From positions 205,475 through 269,474 of the forward strand of contig JAMWCD010000006.1 of NCBI GenBank assembly GCA_023818965.1: a DNA stretch of 64,000 nucleotides. Reading direction: 5' to 3'. The notes beneath the pieces are model-generated. The model was not told the origin of the DNA. It ran no database searches and was given only the letters and a program-made list of their open reading frames with translations. Source of the stretch: Candidatus Omnitrophota bacterium. GTDB lineage: Bacteria; Ratteibacteria; UBA8468; B48-G9; DTJG01. This document shows, one piece after another, positions 39,406 through 47,535 of the stretch (positions are counted from its first letter, which is position 1; every line of letters starts with the position of its first letter). The translations under genes were made by a program, and so were the position numbers.

Positions 39406-41157
39406 ATGAAAATAGGCAAGCAAAGGCGACTTGTTTTTGATTTTGGGACATACCATATTCGTGCTATTGAAATCGCGCCAGGTAGAAATGCCAAAAAGTT
39501 CACAATTAACTACTACCAGCAATATGATACCCCACCATTTGCATATGATGCGAGAATTCCTGTTCTCAGGACAGAAGGGAATGAATTTATAAAATCACTT
39601 GGTGTCAAAAGGGCAGCAGTTTCTCTTCCTGGCAGGGGCATTCTTATCAGAGCCATTACTGTACCAAAGGTTCCTCTCGGAAAATTGAGGGACATTCTTA
39701 AATTTGAAATCCAGCAGCAGATTCCATTTCCGATTGAGGTTGTTGCCTGGTCATATCAAATTATTTCTGAATCAGATAAAAGTTTTCAGGTTTTGTTGTG
39801 TGCTGCAAAAAAAGACCTTGTTAATGATTTCATTGCTCATCTCTCACCATTTGCACTAACAATTGAAACCCTTGATACGGATTTCTTCGCCATTTACAAT
39901 CTTTTCCGGATATCACCTTTTTATAAGTCAGATGAGTGTCAGGCAATTCTTGATATTGGTGCTCAAAGTGCAAACCTCATTATAAATCACCAGGACAGAA
40001 TCTTAATGAGGTCATTAACTACAACAGGTGACAGTATTTCGTCCACACTGGCAGAATCAAAGAAAATTGAATTTACTGAAGCAGAAAAAATAAAAATTGA
40101 ACAGGGTATGAAATCATCTGAAATATCCTCACTTGTGGACTCCCTTAATACAGAACTGCAGAATTCAATTGACTACTGGCGCTTTACATTAAAAGGTCCT
40201 GAATTAAACAGATTTTTTATTTGTGGTGGTACTTCAAAAATGATTGGTTTAAAAGAATATCTTGAACAGAAACTCAGGGTTCCTGTGGTTTATCTTGATC
40301 CACTTATGTTCTGTGATGTTGACCCTGAATATCAGGAATATCTTGCCGATAAAGGTCCTGAAATTGCTACTGCCTGTGGTATTGCATTAAGGACAATTAA
40401 ACTTAACCCAATTGAAATTGATATGTTGCCTGTTGAGATTATCAGAATGAGAGAATTTGCTGAAAACAGGCCTTATATATTTTTATCCACAATAATGGCA
40501 GTGTTGCTCACATTGACACCACTGTTTTTCTTGAGAATAGAAAAAACCGGTTATGAGAACTATAAAAAAGAACTTGAGACATCCCTGCAGGAATATGAAA
40601 AGTTTAAACCACAGGTCGAAGCCCTTCAGAAAAGTATTAATGATGTGAAAGGCAAGATTGGAGTTGTTCAGGACTTATTTGAAAAAAAAGCATTATGGCT
40701 TGCAAGAATCATTGAAATTGGCAGTAATCTACCAAGCAGTAGAATTTACCTGAACAATATTTATCCTTCAGGAACTCAGGTTGCTCAGGCTGCTCCTGCA
40801 CCGGCTCCTCAACCGGGACAGCCACCCGGACCTCCTGGTCCTGGAGCAGGTACACCACCTCCACCAGGAGCACCTGGTACTGCAGAGCCACCACCTGCTC
40901 CGGTAGCAGCTCCACAGCCGGCTCCACAACCATCAGCGCAAACAGGGGCACCTTCAACATTACCTGAAAAGATAGATGTACTGACCCTTGAAGGTGAAGC
41001 AATTGCAACCGATATTAGAAGTGCTTTTTCTGATTTGAAATTTTTTGTTCAAAGACTTTCAAGTTTGCCATTTTTTTCTGAGGTTGTTATAAACTCATGT
41101 GAACTTGACAGGGAAACAGGTAAACTGAAGTTTCTTCTAACTGCAAAGATAAAATGA
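39406..41157 (+). CDS. type IV pilus assembly PilM-PilN fusion protein
   Basis: 583 aa. Residues 1 to about 340 form an actin-like PilM ATPase fold (VFDFGTYHIRAIEI...FICGGTSKMIGL). After that come a TM helix (IFLSTIMAVLLTLTPLFFL), a coiled coil, a Pro-rich linker (APAPAPQPGQPPGPPGP...), and a PilN-like periplasmic domain. Confidence 0.75.
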   Translation: MKIGKQRRLVFDFGTYHIRAIEIAPGRNAKKFTINYYQQYDTPPFAYDARIPVLRTEGNEFIKSLGVKRAAVSLPGRGILIRAITVPKVPLGKLRDILKFEIQQQIPFPIEVVAWSYQIISESDKSFQVLLCAAKKDLVNDFIAHLSPFALTIETLDTDFFAIYNLFRISPFYKSDECQAILDIGAQSANLIINHQDRILMRSLTTTGDSISSTLAESKKIEFTEAEKIKIEQGMKSSEISSLVDSLNTELQNSIDYWRFTLKGPELNRFFICGGTSKMIGLKEYLEQKLRVPVVYLDPLMFCDVDPEYQEYLADKGPEIATACGIALRTIKLNPIEIDMLPVEIIRMREFAENRPYIFLSTIMAVLLTLTPLFFLRIEKTGYENYKKELETSLQEYEKFKPQVEALQKSINDVKGKIGVVQDLFEKKALWLARIIEIGSNLPSSRIYLNNIYPSGTQVAQAAPAPAPQPGQPPGPPGPGAGTPPPPGAPGTAEPPPAPVAAPQPAPQPSAQTGAPSTLPEKIDVLTLEGEAIATDIRSAFSDLKFFVQRLSSLPFFSEVVINSCELDRETGKLKFLLTAKIK

Positions 41158-42077
41158 AAAAAATACTGAGTTTTTTAAAAAAGAATCTTGTTTTTGTTTT
41201 CCTTGTGATTGTTCTTGGGCTACTGGGTTTTGGGTTTAATCTTATAAGAAAGACGCAGCAGGAACTTAAGAAGATGGAAGAAGAGATAAAGGCGAAACAT
41301 GATGAAATAAGAAAGTATGAAACTCAGAAAGAACTGGCACCATCACCAGAACTTGTCAATAAATTGCAAAAACAATATACTGCGGTTGCAGAACAGTTTA
41401 ACTCTCTGTTAAACCGTTTTTCCACAACCTATCCAGCAGTACCTGAGTTTAAGGTTTTCCCGAATGTTGAATTTAAGGAATTTCTTTTTGAGACAGGAGA
41501 CCAGTTAAAAAAGAAAGCCAAAAAGAATAATGTAATTATACCCTCATCCTTTGGATTTCAGGAGACAGGTTTTCCATCACCTGACCAGATACCATTATTT
41601 TCGTTACAGATTACTGTAATCAAGCATATTCTTGACCTGCTTATTGATTCAGGTATCAGTGTTGTTAATTCGGTTGTCCCTGGTATTCCATCAACGGTTG
41701 CTTTTTATAAAATCCTTCCTCTTGATGTATCAATTACAGGAACAAGCATTGAAATTATCAGGTTTTTAAGATACCTTAACAATCCTTCATCATTCTTCAC
41801 ACTTGAAAGTTTTGCTGTGACAAAGAAGGACACAGGTTTATTTCAGGGGAATTTTAAAATCAATGCTGTGATGATTGAAAAAGCAGCCGCAGTTGTTACT
41901 TCTGAAATACCAAAAGGGACACAGCCTTCTGCACAGGGAGCACCAGGAAGTCCTTCCGGGCAGCCACAGGGAGTACCAGGAAGTCCTCCTGGAGTTCCCC
42001 AGCAGCCACAGAAAGTACCAGGACACCCTGCTGGTGTTCCCGGGCAGCCACAAGCACCACCTAATCCTGTTAAATAG
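41154..42077 (+). CDS. PilO-like inner-membrane pilus assembly protein
   Basis: 307 aa. N-terminal TM helix, coiled coil, periplasmic alpha/beta domain, and a Pro/Gln-rich tail. Lies in the PilO position, translationally coupled to pilMN. Confidence 0.55.
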   Translation: MKKILSFLKKNLVFVFLVIVLGLLGFGFNLIRKTQQELKKMEEEIKAKHDEIRKYETQKELAPSPELVNKLQKQYTAVAEQFNSLLNRFSTTYPAVPEFKVFPNVEFKEFLFETGDQLKKKAKKNNVIIPSSFGFQETGFPSPDQIPLFSLQITVIKHILDLLIDSGISVVNSVVPGIPSTVAFYKILPLDVSITGTSIEIIRFLRYLNNPSSFFTLESFAVTKKDTGLFQGNFKINAVMIEKAAAVVTSEIPKGTQPSAQGAPGSPSGQPQGVPGSPPGVPQQPQKVPGHPAGVPGQPQAPPNPVK

Positions 42078-42085
42078 GGATACTT

Positions 42086-44695
42086 ATGCAAAAAGATTTT
42101 ATTTCAAAGTGGAAGAATGCGGATAGAAAAGGTAGAAAGAAAATTCTGTGTGATTTTATTGCAGCAAAAAGAAGACAAAAAACAAATGTTTCAGATACAA
42201 GAAAAAAAATCTCATTACAGAATAAATCTGCGAGAAAACCTGTTTTGTCCTGTCTACCGAAGATTCCTGAAATTAAAAGACATGCCCTTGCATTTTGCTT
42301 TTCCTCATCCTCAGATTCACCGACTGGAGCAAGAGATGATAACATTCAGGATTCAGGCGGTGAAGACCAGCCACCAAAGTCGCCTGAAGAACCTTCAAGA
42401 AAATCAAATATGAATGTCGATAAAGGTCCTGAAATTAAAAAAGACAAAGCCCGCCAGGATAAAAAGCAATTACTGATTAGATTTATTGAAGAAAAGAAAA
42501 GGGAAAAAGAAATTGCACAGAAGCAGCGACATGCAGAGAAAGAGGCGAGGAAGAAGTTAGCAGAGGAAGCCAGGAGGCAGGCGCAGGAGAAACTGGCGAT
42601 AGATGCAGAGGCGAGGCGGCAGGCGAAGCAATTGCGTCGGCAGGAGTTATTGAAGGCAAAGATAGAGAGAGAGATAAAGGCGAAAGCAGAGAGGCAGGCA
42701 AAGATAGAGGCGAAGCAGAAGGAGAAGGAGGCGATAGAGAAGAGCCGTCAGGTTGAGCTAGAGGAGAGGAAGAGATTAGTTGAAGAGGCATTGAAATTAA
42801 GGAAGCAGAAGAAGGAATTGCTTGTAGCATACCTTAATGGAATAAGAAGCAAGAGGGAGATAGAGCAGAAGCAACGACTTGCAGAGAAAGAGGCGAGGAA
42901 GAAGTTAGCAGAGGAAGCCAGGAGGCAGGCGCAGGAGAAACTGGCGATAGATGCAGAGGCGAGGCGGCAGGCGAAGCAATTGCGTCGGCAGGAGTTATTG
43001 AAGGCAAAGATAGAGAGAGAGATAAAGGCGAAAGCAGAGAGGCAGGCAAAGATAGAGGCGAAGCAGAAGGAGAAGGAGGCGATAGAGAAGAGCCGTCAGG
43101 TTGAGCTAGAGGAGAGGAAGAGATTAGTTGAAGAGGCATTGAAATTAAGGAAGCAGAAGAAGGAATTGCTTGTAGCATACCTTAATGGAATAAGAAGCAA
43201 GAGGGAGATAGAGCAGAAGCAACGACTTGCAGAGAAAGAGGCGAGGAAGAAGTTAGCAGAGGAAGCCAGGAGGCAGGCGCAGGAGAAACTGGCGATAGAT
43301 GCAGAGGCGAGGCGGCAGGCGAAGCAATTGCGTCGGCAGGAGTTATTGAAGGCAAAGATAGAGAGAGAGATAAAGGCGAAGGCAGAGAGGCAGGCAAAGA
43401 TAGAGGCGAAGAAAATTTCTCCGAAAGTAAAGCCACCAGATATCAGACCAGAAAAAAGAAAAAAATTACTTTCCTTTATCAATGATCTGAAAGCAAAATA
43501 TCAGCAGGAAGTCATAAGACAGAAGATTGCAAAAGATGCCTTGAGGAAGCAAAAAGAAATTGCGGTTCTTGCATTAAAACAGGAAAGGCAGGCAAAAGCA
43601 ATTCAGGCAGCCGAATTCAGGGCACGGAAAAAACAAATTGAACTCCAGAAAAAAGAACTTCTCAAGGCAGAATTACTTCTTGCTGCAAAAAGAAAAGCAG
43701 AAGCAAAGGCAGTTGAGAAATCACGCAAAGAATATGAAAAACAGATTAAGGATTTTTCATCAAAAATTACTGGTGCTGTTTCAAATGTAAGCAAGTTGAC
43801 TGGGGCTGCTCTTACATCAGCAATTTCTTCTGTAACTCCATTTGTTAAGAAAGCCCAAAGTATTAAGGTCCCTGCTGCTGAAAAATTTGCAAAACCTGAG
43901 ATTGTTCCTGCAGAAGTTCCTGCAAAAGCAATACCTGCAAAAGCAGAAAAGGCAAAAAAGTACAGAGAACCAGTAAAGATTGGACCACTGTTGAGAAAGA
44001 ATGCATTCAGAATTCTTTTCTTGCTTTTACTTTTGATGTGGCTTGGCGAAATTTTGTTTTATTCACTGAGATGGCGACCGCCAAGGGAAAAGTTTGAGGA
44101 AATGTTTGGTTCTGAAGAAGCAAAATCCAGTAAAACAGGTTCTACTGAAATAACAGAGGCAGAAACAAAAATAGCAGAATATAAAATTCCTTCCATTAAC
44201 ATTGAAGGGAAAAGAGACCCATTTTCAAGTGGATTGTTGACAATGGAATTGATGAAAAAACCGAAACCAACAGAAATTGTAAAGGCATATCAACCCGAGA
44301 TTATTACAATTTCAAGAGCACCATCAATTGTTTCCTCCAGTGTTCAAAAACCTATAAGAGAAAAGGCAGAAAAGATTACACCGATTCTGAAACCAGAGAA
44401 ACCCGAACCAGCCACTGCAACATTGTCTGAGGCAACAACAACAAAGATACTTCCACCTGCTCCTGTTTCAAAACCTGAAGTTTCGCCATTGATTGTTCCA
44501 CAGATTGAGTGTAATCTTATCTACAGGGGTAGTTTGATTATGGAAGGGATTGAATATATTTTCCTTGAAGGCAAACAGAGAACATACAGGGTAACAGTTG
44601 GTGATGTTGTAGAAGGTTTCAGGATTCTGAAAAAAGAAAAGGGAGTGCTCACATTATCAAAGGAAGGAGTTATAATTGAAATTCCTGCTGAATAA
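42086..44695 (+). CDS. 869-aa bitopic protein: long E/K/R-rich helical N-terminal region containing tandem repeats, one TM helix, a Pro-rich linker, and a C-terminal PilP/GspC-HR-like beta domain
   Basis: No signal peptide. About 640 aa of KEKE-type charged helix. TM at FRILFLLLLLMWLGEILFYSL. The C-terminus (ECNLIYRGSLIMEGIEYIFLEGKQRTYRVTVGDVVEGFRILKKEKGVLTLSKEG) resembles the PilP / GspC homology-region fold. Sits in the pilP position between pilO and pilQ. Confidence 0.5.
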   Translation: MQKDFISKWKNADRKGRKKILCDFIAAKRRQKTNVSDTRKKISLQNKSARKPVLSCLPKIPEIKRHALAFCFSSSSDSPTGARDDNIQDSGGEDQPPKSPEEPSRKSNMNVDKGPEIKKDKARQDKKQLLIRFIEEKKREKEIAQKQRHAEKEARKKLAEEARRQAQEKLAIDAEARRQAKQLRRQELLKAKIEREIKAKAERQAKIEAKQKEKEAIEKSRQVELEERKRLVEEALKLRKQKKELLVAYLNGIRSKREIEQKQRLAEKEARKKLAEEARRQAQEKLAIDAEARRQAKQLRRQELLKAKIEREIKAKAERQAKIEAKQKEKEAIEKSRQVELEERKRLVEEALKLRKQKKELLVAYLNGIRSKREIEQKQRLAEKEARKKLAEEARRQAQEKLAIDAEARRQAKQLRRQELLKAKIEREIKAKAERQAKIEAKKISPKVKPPDIRPEKRKKLLSFINDLKAKYQQEVIRQKIAKDALRKQKEIAVLALKQERQAKAIQAAEFRARKKQIELQKKELLKAELLLAAKRKAEAKAVEKSRKEYEKQIKDFSSKITGAVSNVSKLTGAALTSAISSVTPFVKKAQSIKVPAAEKFAKPEIVPAEVPAKAIPAKAEKAKKYREPVKIGPLLRKNAFRILFLLLLLMWLGEILFYSLRWRPPREKFEEMFGSEEAKSSKTGSTEITEAETKIAEYKIPSINIEGKRDPFSSGLLTMELMKKPKPTEIVKAYQPEIITISRAPSIVSSSVQKPIREKAEKITPILKPEKPEPATATLSEATTTKILPPAPVSKPEVSPLIVPQIECNLIYRGSLIMEGIEYIFLEGKQRTYRVTVGDVVEGFRILKKEKGVLTLSKEGVIIEIPAE
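42500..43408 (+). repeat. 2.7 copies of a 348-bp (116-codon) in-frame tandem repeat; copies 2 and 3 are essentially identical at the nucleotide level
   Basis: Repeat unit (Q)KQRLAEKEARKKLAEEARRQAQEKLAIDAEARRQAKQLRRQELLKAKIEREIKAKAERQAKIEAKQKEKEAIEKSRQVELEERKRLVEEALKLRKQKKELLVAYLNGIRSKREIE. The mirrored antisense ORFs at 42483, 42834 and 43182 confirm the 348-bp period. The coding strand is purine-rich and GC-rich relative to its surroundings. Confidence 0.9.
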
Positions 44696-44739
44696 CTTGA
44701 CTTATGTTCAATTATCACGGTATAATACATGGAGGGAAA

Positions 44740-46635
44740 ATGAGAGGAATTAAAAAGACAAAAATCGCATTATTATGTTTTTCGCTGGCACTCTGGGGAT
44801 ATGTCTTACCTTCAATGGCTCAGACAACAAAAACATTTGCCACTTCCACAACAGAACTTGACCTTCTTTATAGCGATGCCATCAAAAGTTATTATCAAAA
44901 GGACTATGCAAGAGCAATAGCGCTTTTTAAACAGATCCAGGGTCTTTCTCCTGAATATAAAAAATCGCAGATCAACCATTATGTCAGAACTGCTGAAAGT
45001 CGTCTTGGCAAGACAACTCCTGTTACTGTTTTCAAGGTTCCTGGACAGCCGACAAAAGAAATAGAAATTAATAAAGAAGGTGAACTTGAAGCAATGGCTG
45101 AAGAAGCACAGAAAGTGCTGCTAAATACAGCCAGTTATCTGGATTCAGTAGAAAAAGAAGGCAAACTAACTGAGTTTCAACTTGTTGGTCCGAAATCATC
45201 CTTGAAAATGGCAAAAGAAGCATATGAAAACAGTCAATACACAGAGGCGATACGACTTGCCAATAAAGCAAGATTCCAGATTGACCAGTTTATTACTCAG
45301 AAAAAACCAGGTATCGTTCTTGGAAAATATGCTGACTATCCTGTAACACTGAATCTTACAGATGCAGATTTAAGCCAGACATTAAAATTGATTTATGATT
45401 TAACAGGTGCCAATATTGTATTGATGCAGGGTATTACCGGAAGGGTTTCAATCAATGTCAAGGACCTTCCCCTTCAGAGGGTTCTTGATCTTATATGTGA
45501 GGCGAACAATCTGAAGTATGTTGAGGACAATGGTGTAATAAAAATAATGACAGCAGAAGAATTTAATAAGTCCGCTGCAGCAGTGAAAGCGCGGTTGCGC
45601 AGGGTTTTCCAGGTTTACTATGGAGATGCCTTCAGTATAATGAAGGCACTAAAAGAAACATATCCAACTCAGACGATTGTTCATGATCCAAGAACAAATT
45701 CAATCATTGTTGAGGCATCTGATGAAGAAACTGCCGCAAGAATTGGAGAGATTGTTTCTTCACTTGATACACCGATTTCTCAGGTACTGCTTGAGGCAAA
45801 ACTTGTTGAAATTGTACTTTCTGATGAGAATACATTTGGTATTGACTGGCTTGTAAGTTCACGACTTGTTTCTGCTCTTGGTTCAGGCGGAACTCTAACA
45901 GGACCAAGATTCGGGGATAATCCGAATTTTACTCCTGGAGTATCCTCTTCCTTACCTCAGGGAACATTTTCTTTTGGAATAACAAATTATGATGTAAATG
46001 CCTTGATTCAGGCATTAAGTGCAAAGGGACAGGTGAAACTATTGCAGGCACCAAAGATTATGTGTCTCAATGGTACAACAGCAGTGATCAGTGTACAGAC
46101 AAACGTACCATATTTGATACCCCAATCAACTGTATCACAGCAGCAGCAAACCATTACGACAACCGCAACATTCAATGTTTTTGAAGACCAGGTTGGAACA
46201 GAGTTTACTGTTACTCCTATTATTCAGAGAAACAGGAGTATCTTTTTGAACCTTAACATCTATGATGCACGTTTGATAGAAATTAAACGATTGACAGCAA
46301 TCGCAGGAGGACAGCAATATTCAACAGACCAGCCCGTGATTTCAAACAGGGAAACAAACCAGAGTATTGTTGTTTATGATGGTCAAACCTTGATTATCGG
46401 TGGTATGATTCAGGATAGGAAAGAACTTAAAACTACAGGTGTTCCTTTTCTCCAGCATATACCACTATTGGGATATCTTTTTAAGAAACCAAGTTACAGC
46501 AGTGCAAAAAGTGAGATGTTACTGTTTTTGACACCAAGGGTAGTAAGTACATATGAGGATGCTAATGCTGTCAGTAAGCCAGATGTACAAAAACTGGACA
46601 AAAAGATTGATGCCGGTATTCTTGAAAAGTACTGA
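44740..46635 (+). CDS. pilQ: PilQ-type secretin
   Basis: Signal peptide, TPR-like helical segment, secretin N domain (VTLNLTDADLSQTLKLI...), secretin core (VLLEAKLVEIVLSDENTFGIDW), and the C-terminal signature GVPFLQHIPLLGYLFKKPSY...LLFLTPRVV. Confidence 0.85.
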   Translation: MRGIKKTKIALLCFSLALWGYVLPSMAQTTKTFATSTTELDLLYSDAIKSYYQKDYARAIALFKQIQGLSPEYKKSQINHYVRTAESRLGKTTPVTVFKVPGQPTKEIEINKEGELEAMAEEAQKVLLNTASYLDSVEKEGKLTEFQLVGPKSSLKMAKEAYENSQYTEAIRLANKARFQIDQFITQKKPGIVLGKYADYPVTLNLTDADLSQTLKLIYDLTGANIVLMQGITGRVSINVKDLPLQRVLDLICEANNLKYVEDNGVIKIMTAEEFNKSAAAVKARLRRVFQVYYGDAFSIMKALKETYPTQTIVHDPRTNSIIVEASDEETAARIGEIVSSLDTPISQVLLEAKLVEIVLSDENTFGIDWLVSSRLVSALGSGGTLTGPRFGDNPNFTPGVSSSLPQGTFSFGITNYDVNALIQALSAKGQVKLLQAPKIMCLNGTTAVISVQTNVPYLIPQSTVSQQQQTITTTATFNVFEDQVGTEFTVTPIIQRNRSIFLNLNIYDARLIEIKRLTAIAGGQQYSTDQPVISNRETNQSIVVYDGQTLIIGGMIQDRKELKTTGVPFLQHIPLLGYLFKKPSYSSAKSEMLLFLTPRVVSTYEDANAVSKPDVQKLDKKIDAGILEKY

Positions 46636-46707
46636 TAAACTGATCACTGACAAAAAACGTCTAAAAATAGAAAGCCGTGGAAGCAAAAATACGGCAGGAG
46701 GTGTGAT

Positions 46708-47514
46708 ATGAAAAAAATTGCTGCATTGGTTCTGATTCTGGTACTTGTGTTTTTCTGTATTGATTTGTTTGCTCAAACAACATCAACAAGGACTTCAACT
46801 TCAACCGGTTCATCAAGAACGAGTTCCCGGACATCAAGGACAGGGACAGGTAGTACTTCGGGTTACGATACTACTGGTAGTGCGGACTTTGTTATTTCAG
46901 CTATTGCAGGCATGTTAAGACATCGTGACAAAGAAGTGAGAATACAGGCATTGCAGGCACTTGTTGGTGGTATGACACTTGGAACTACAACAACATCCTC
47001 GTCTTCAACAACCAGTACAGGGATTGGAGATATTTTTGGAATGAGGGGAGGAGGAACCACAACTTCCTCTTCCAGTTCGACTTCTGTCCAGGGACTTGGA
47101 ACTACTGTACTTATTCCTGAATTTTTTACAATGCTCTCTGACCCAGACCCTGAAATCAGGGACCTTGTTTCAATTGCCCTTGACCAGATCTTTGGTACAG
47201 ATGCAAGTTTAATCAGGTTTCTTCATGACCCGGATCCTGTTGTGAGAAAATATGCAATGAGATTATTTGTAATCAGAACCAGGGAAGATAGCCAGTATCG
47301 AACAACAACATCATCATCTTCAGGAACAACATATACAAGAAGTGCCAATGATATTTTGATTATGAGAATTCTTTTGAATATGATGAAAGACCCTGACCCT
47401 GATGTGAAAAAGGTTGCAACTGATGCTCTTGAAAAATTCATTTCTGACCTTGAAAAAAGATACGAAAGTACTATGGGAACAGGTCAACCAGGTGTTCAGC
47501 AACCACTGAGATAA
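46708..47514 (+). CDS. small secreted protein with Ser/Thr-rich low-complexity linkers and three HEAT/PBS-lyase-like repeats
   Basis: Signal peptide. Poly-S/T/R tracts (TSTRTSTSTGSSRTSSRTSRTGTGSTSG, TTTTSSSSTTSTG, TTTSSSSSTS). Three DPDP-x-[VI][RK]..A..AL motifs (DPDPEIRDLVSIALDQI, DPDPVVRKYAMRLF, DPDPDVKKVATDALEKF). Confidence 0.5.
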   Translation: MKKIAALVLILVLVFFCIDLFAQTTSTRTSTSTGSSRTSSRTSRTGTGSTSGYDTTGSADFVISAIAGMLRHRDKEVRIQALQALVGGMTLGTTTTSSSSTTSTGIGDIFGMRGGGTTTSSSSSTSVQGLGTTVLIPEFFTMLSDPDPEIRDLVSIALDQIFGTDASLIRFLHDPDPVVRKYAMRLFVIRTREDSQYRTTTSSSSGTTYTRSANDILIMRILLNMMKDPDPDVKKVATDALEKFISDLEKRYESTMGTGQPGVQQPLR

Positions 47515-47535
47515 TTTAATAATTTTGGGAGAACA

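Noticed and set aside
40780-42077. Collagen-like G-X-Y triple-helix repeats in the Pro-rich segments of PilN and PilO
   Set aside because: GPP triplets occur, but strict Gly-every-third periodicity is not maintained over more than a few triplets. These are treated as flexible low-complexity linkers.
42483-43482. Minus-strand ORFs of 84-128 aa (Ser/Pro/Leu-rich, three near-identical copies) inside the giant gene
   Set aside because: They are antisense artefacts of the purine-rich 348-bp tandem repeat on the plus strand. The plus-strand frame is continuous over 869 codons with coherent domain logic.
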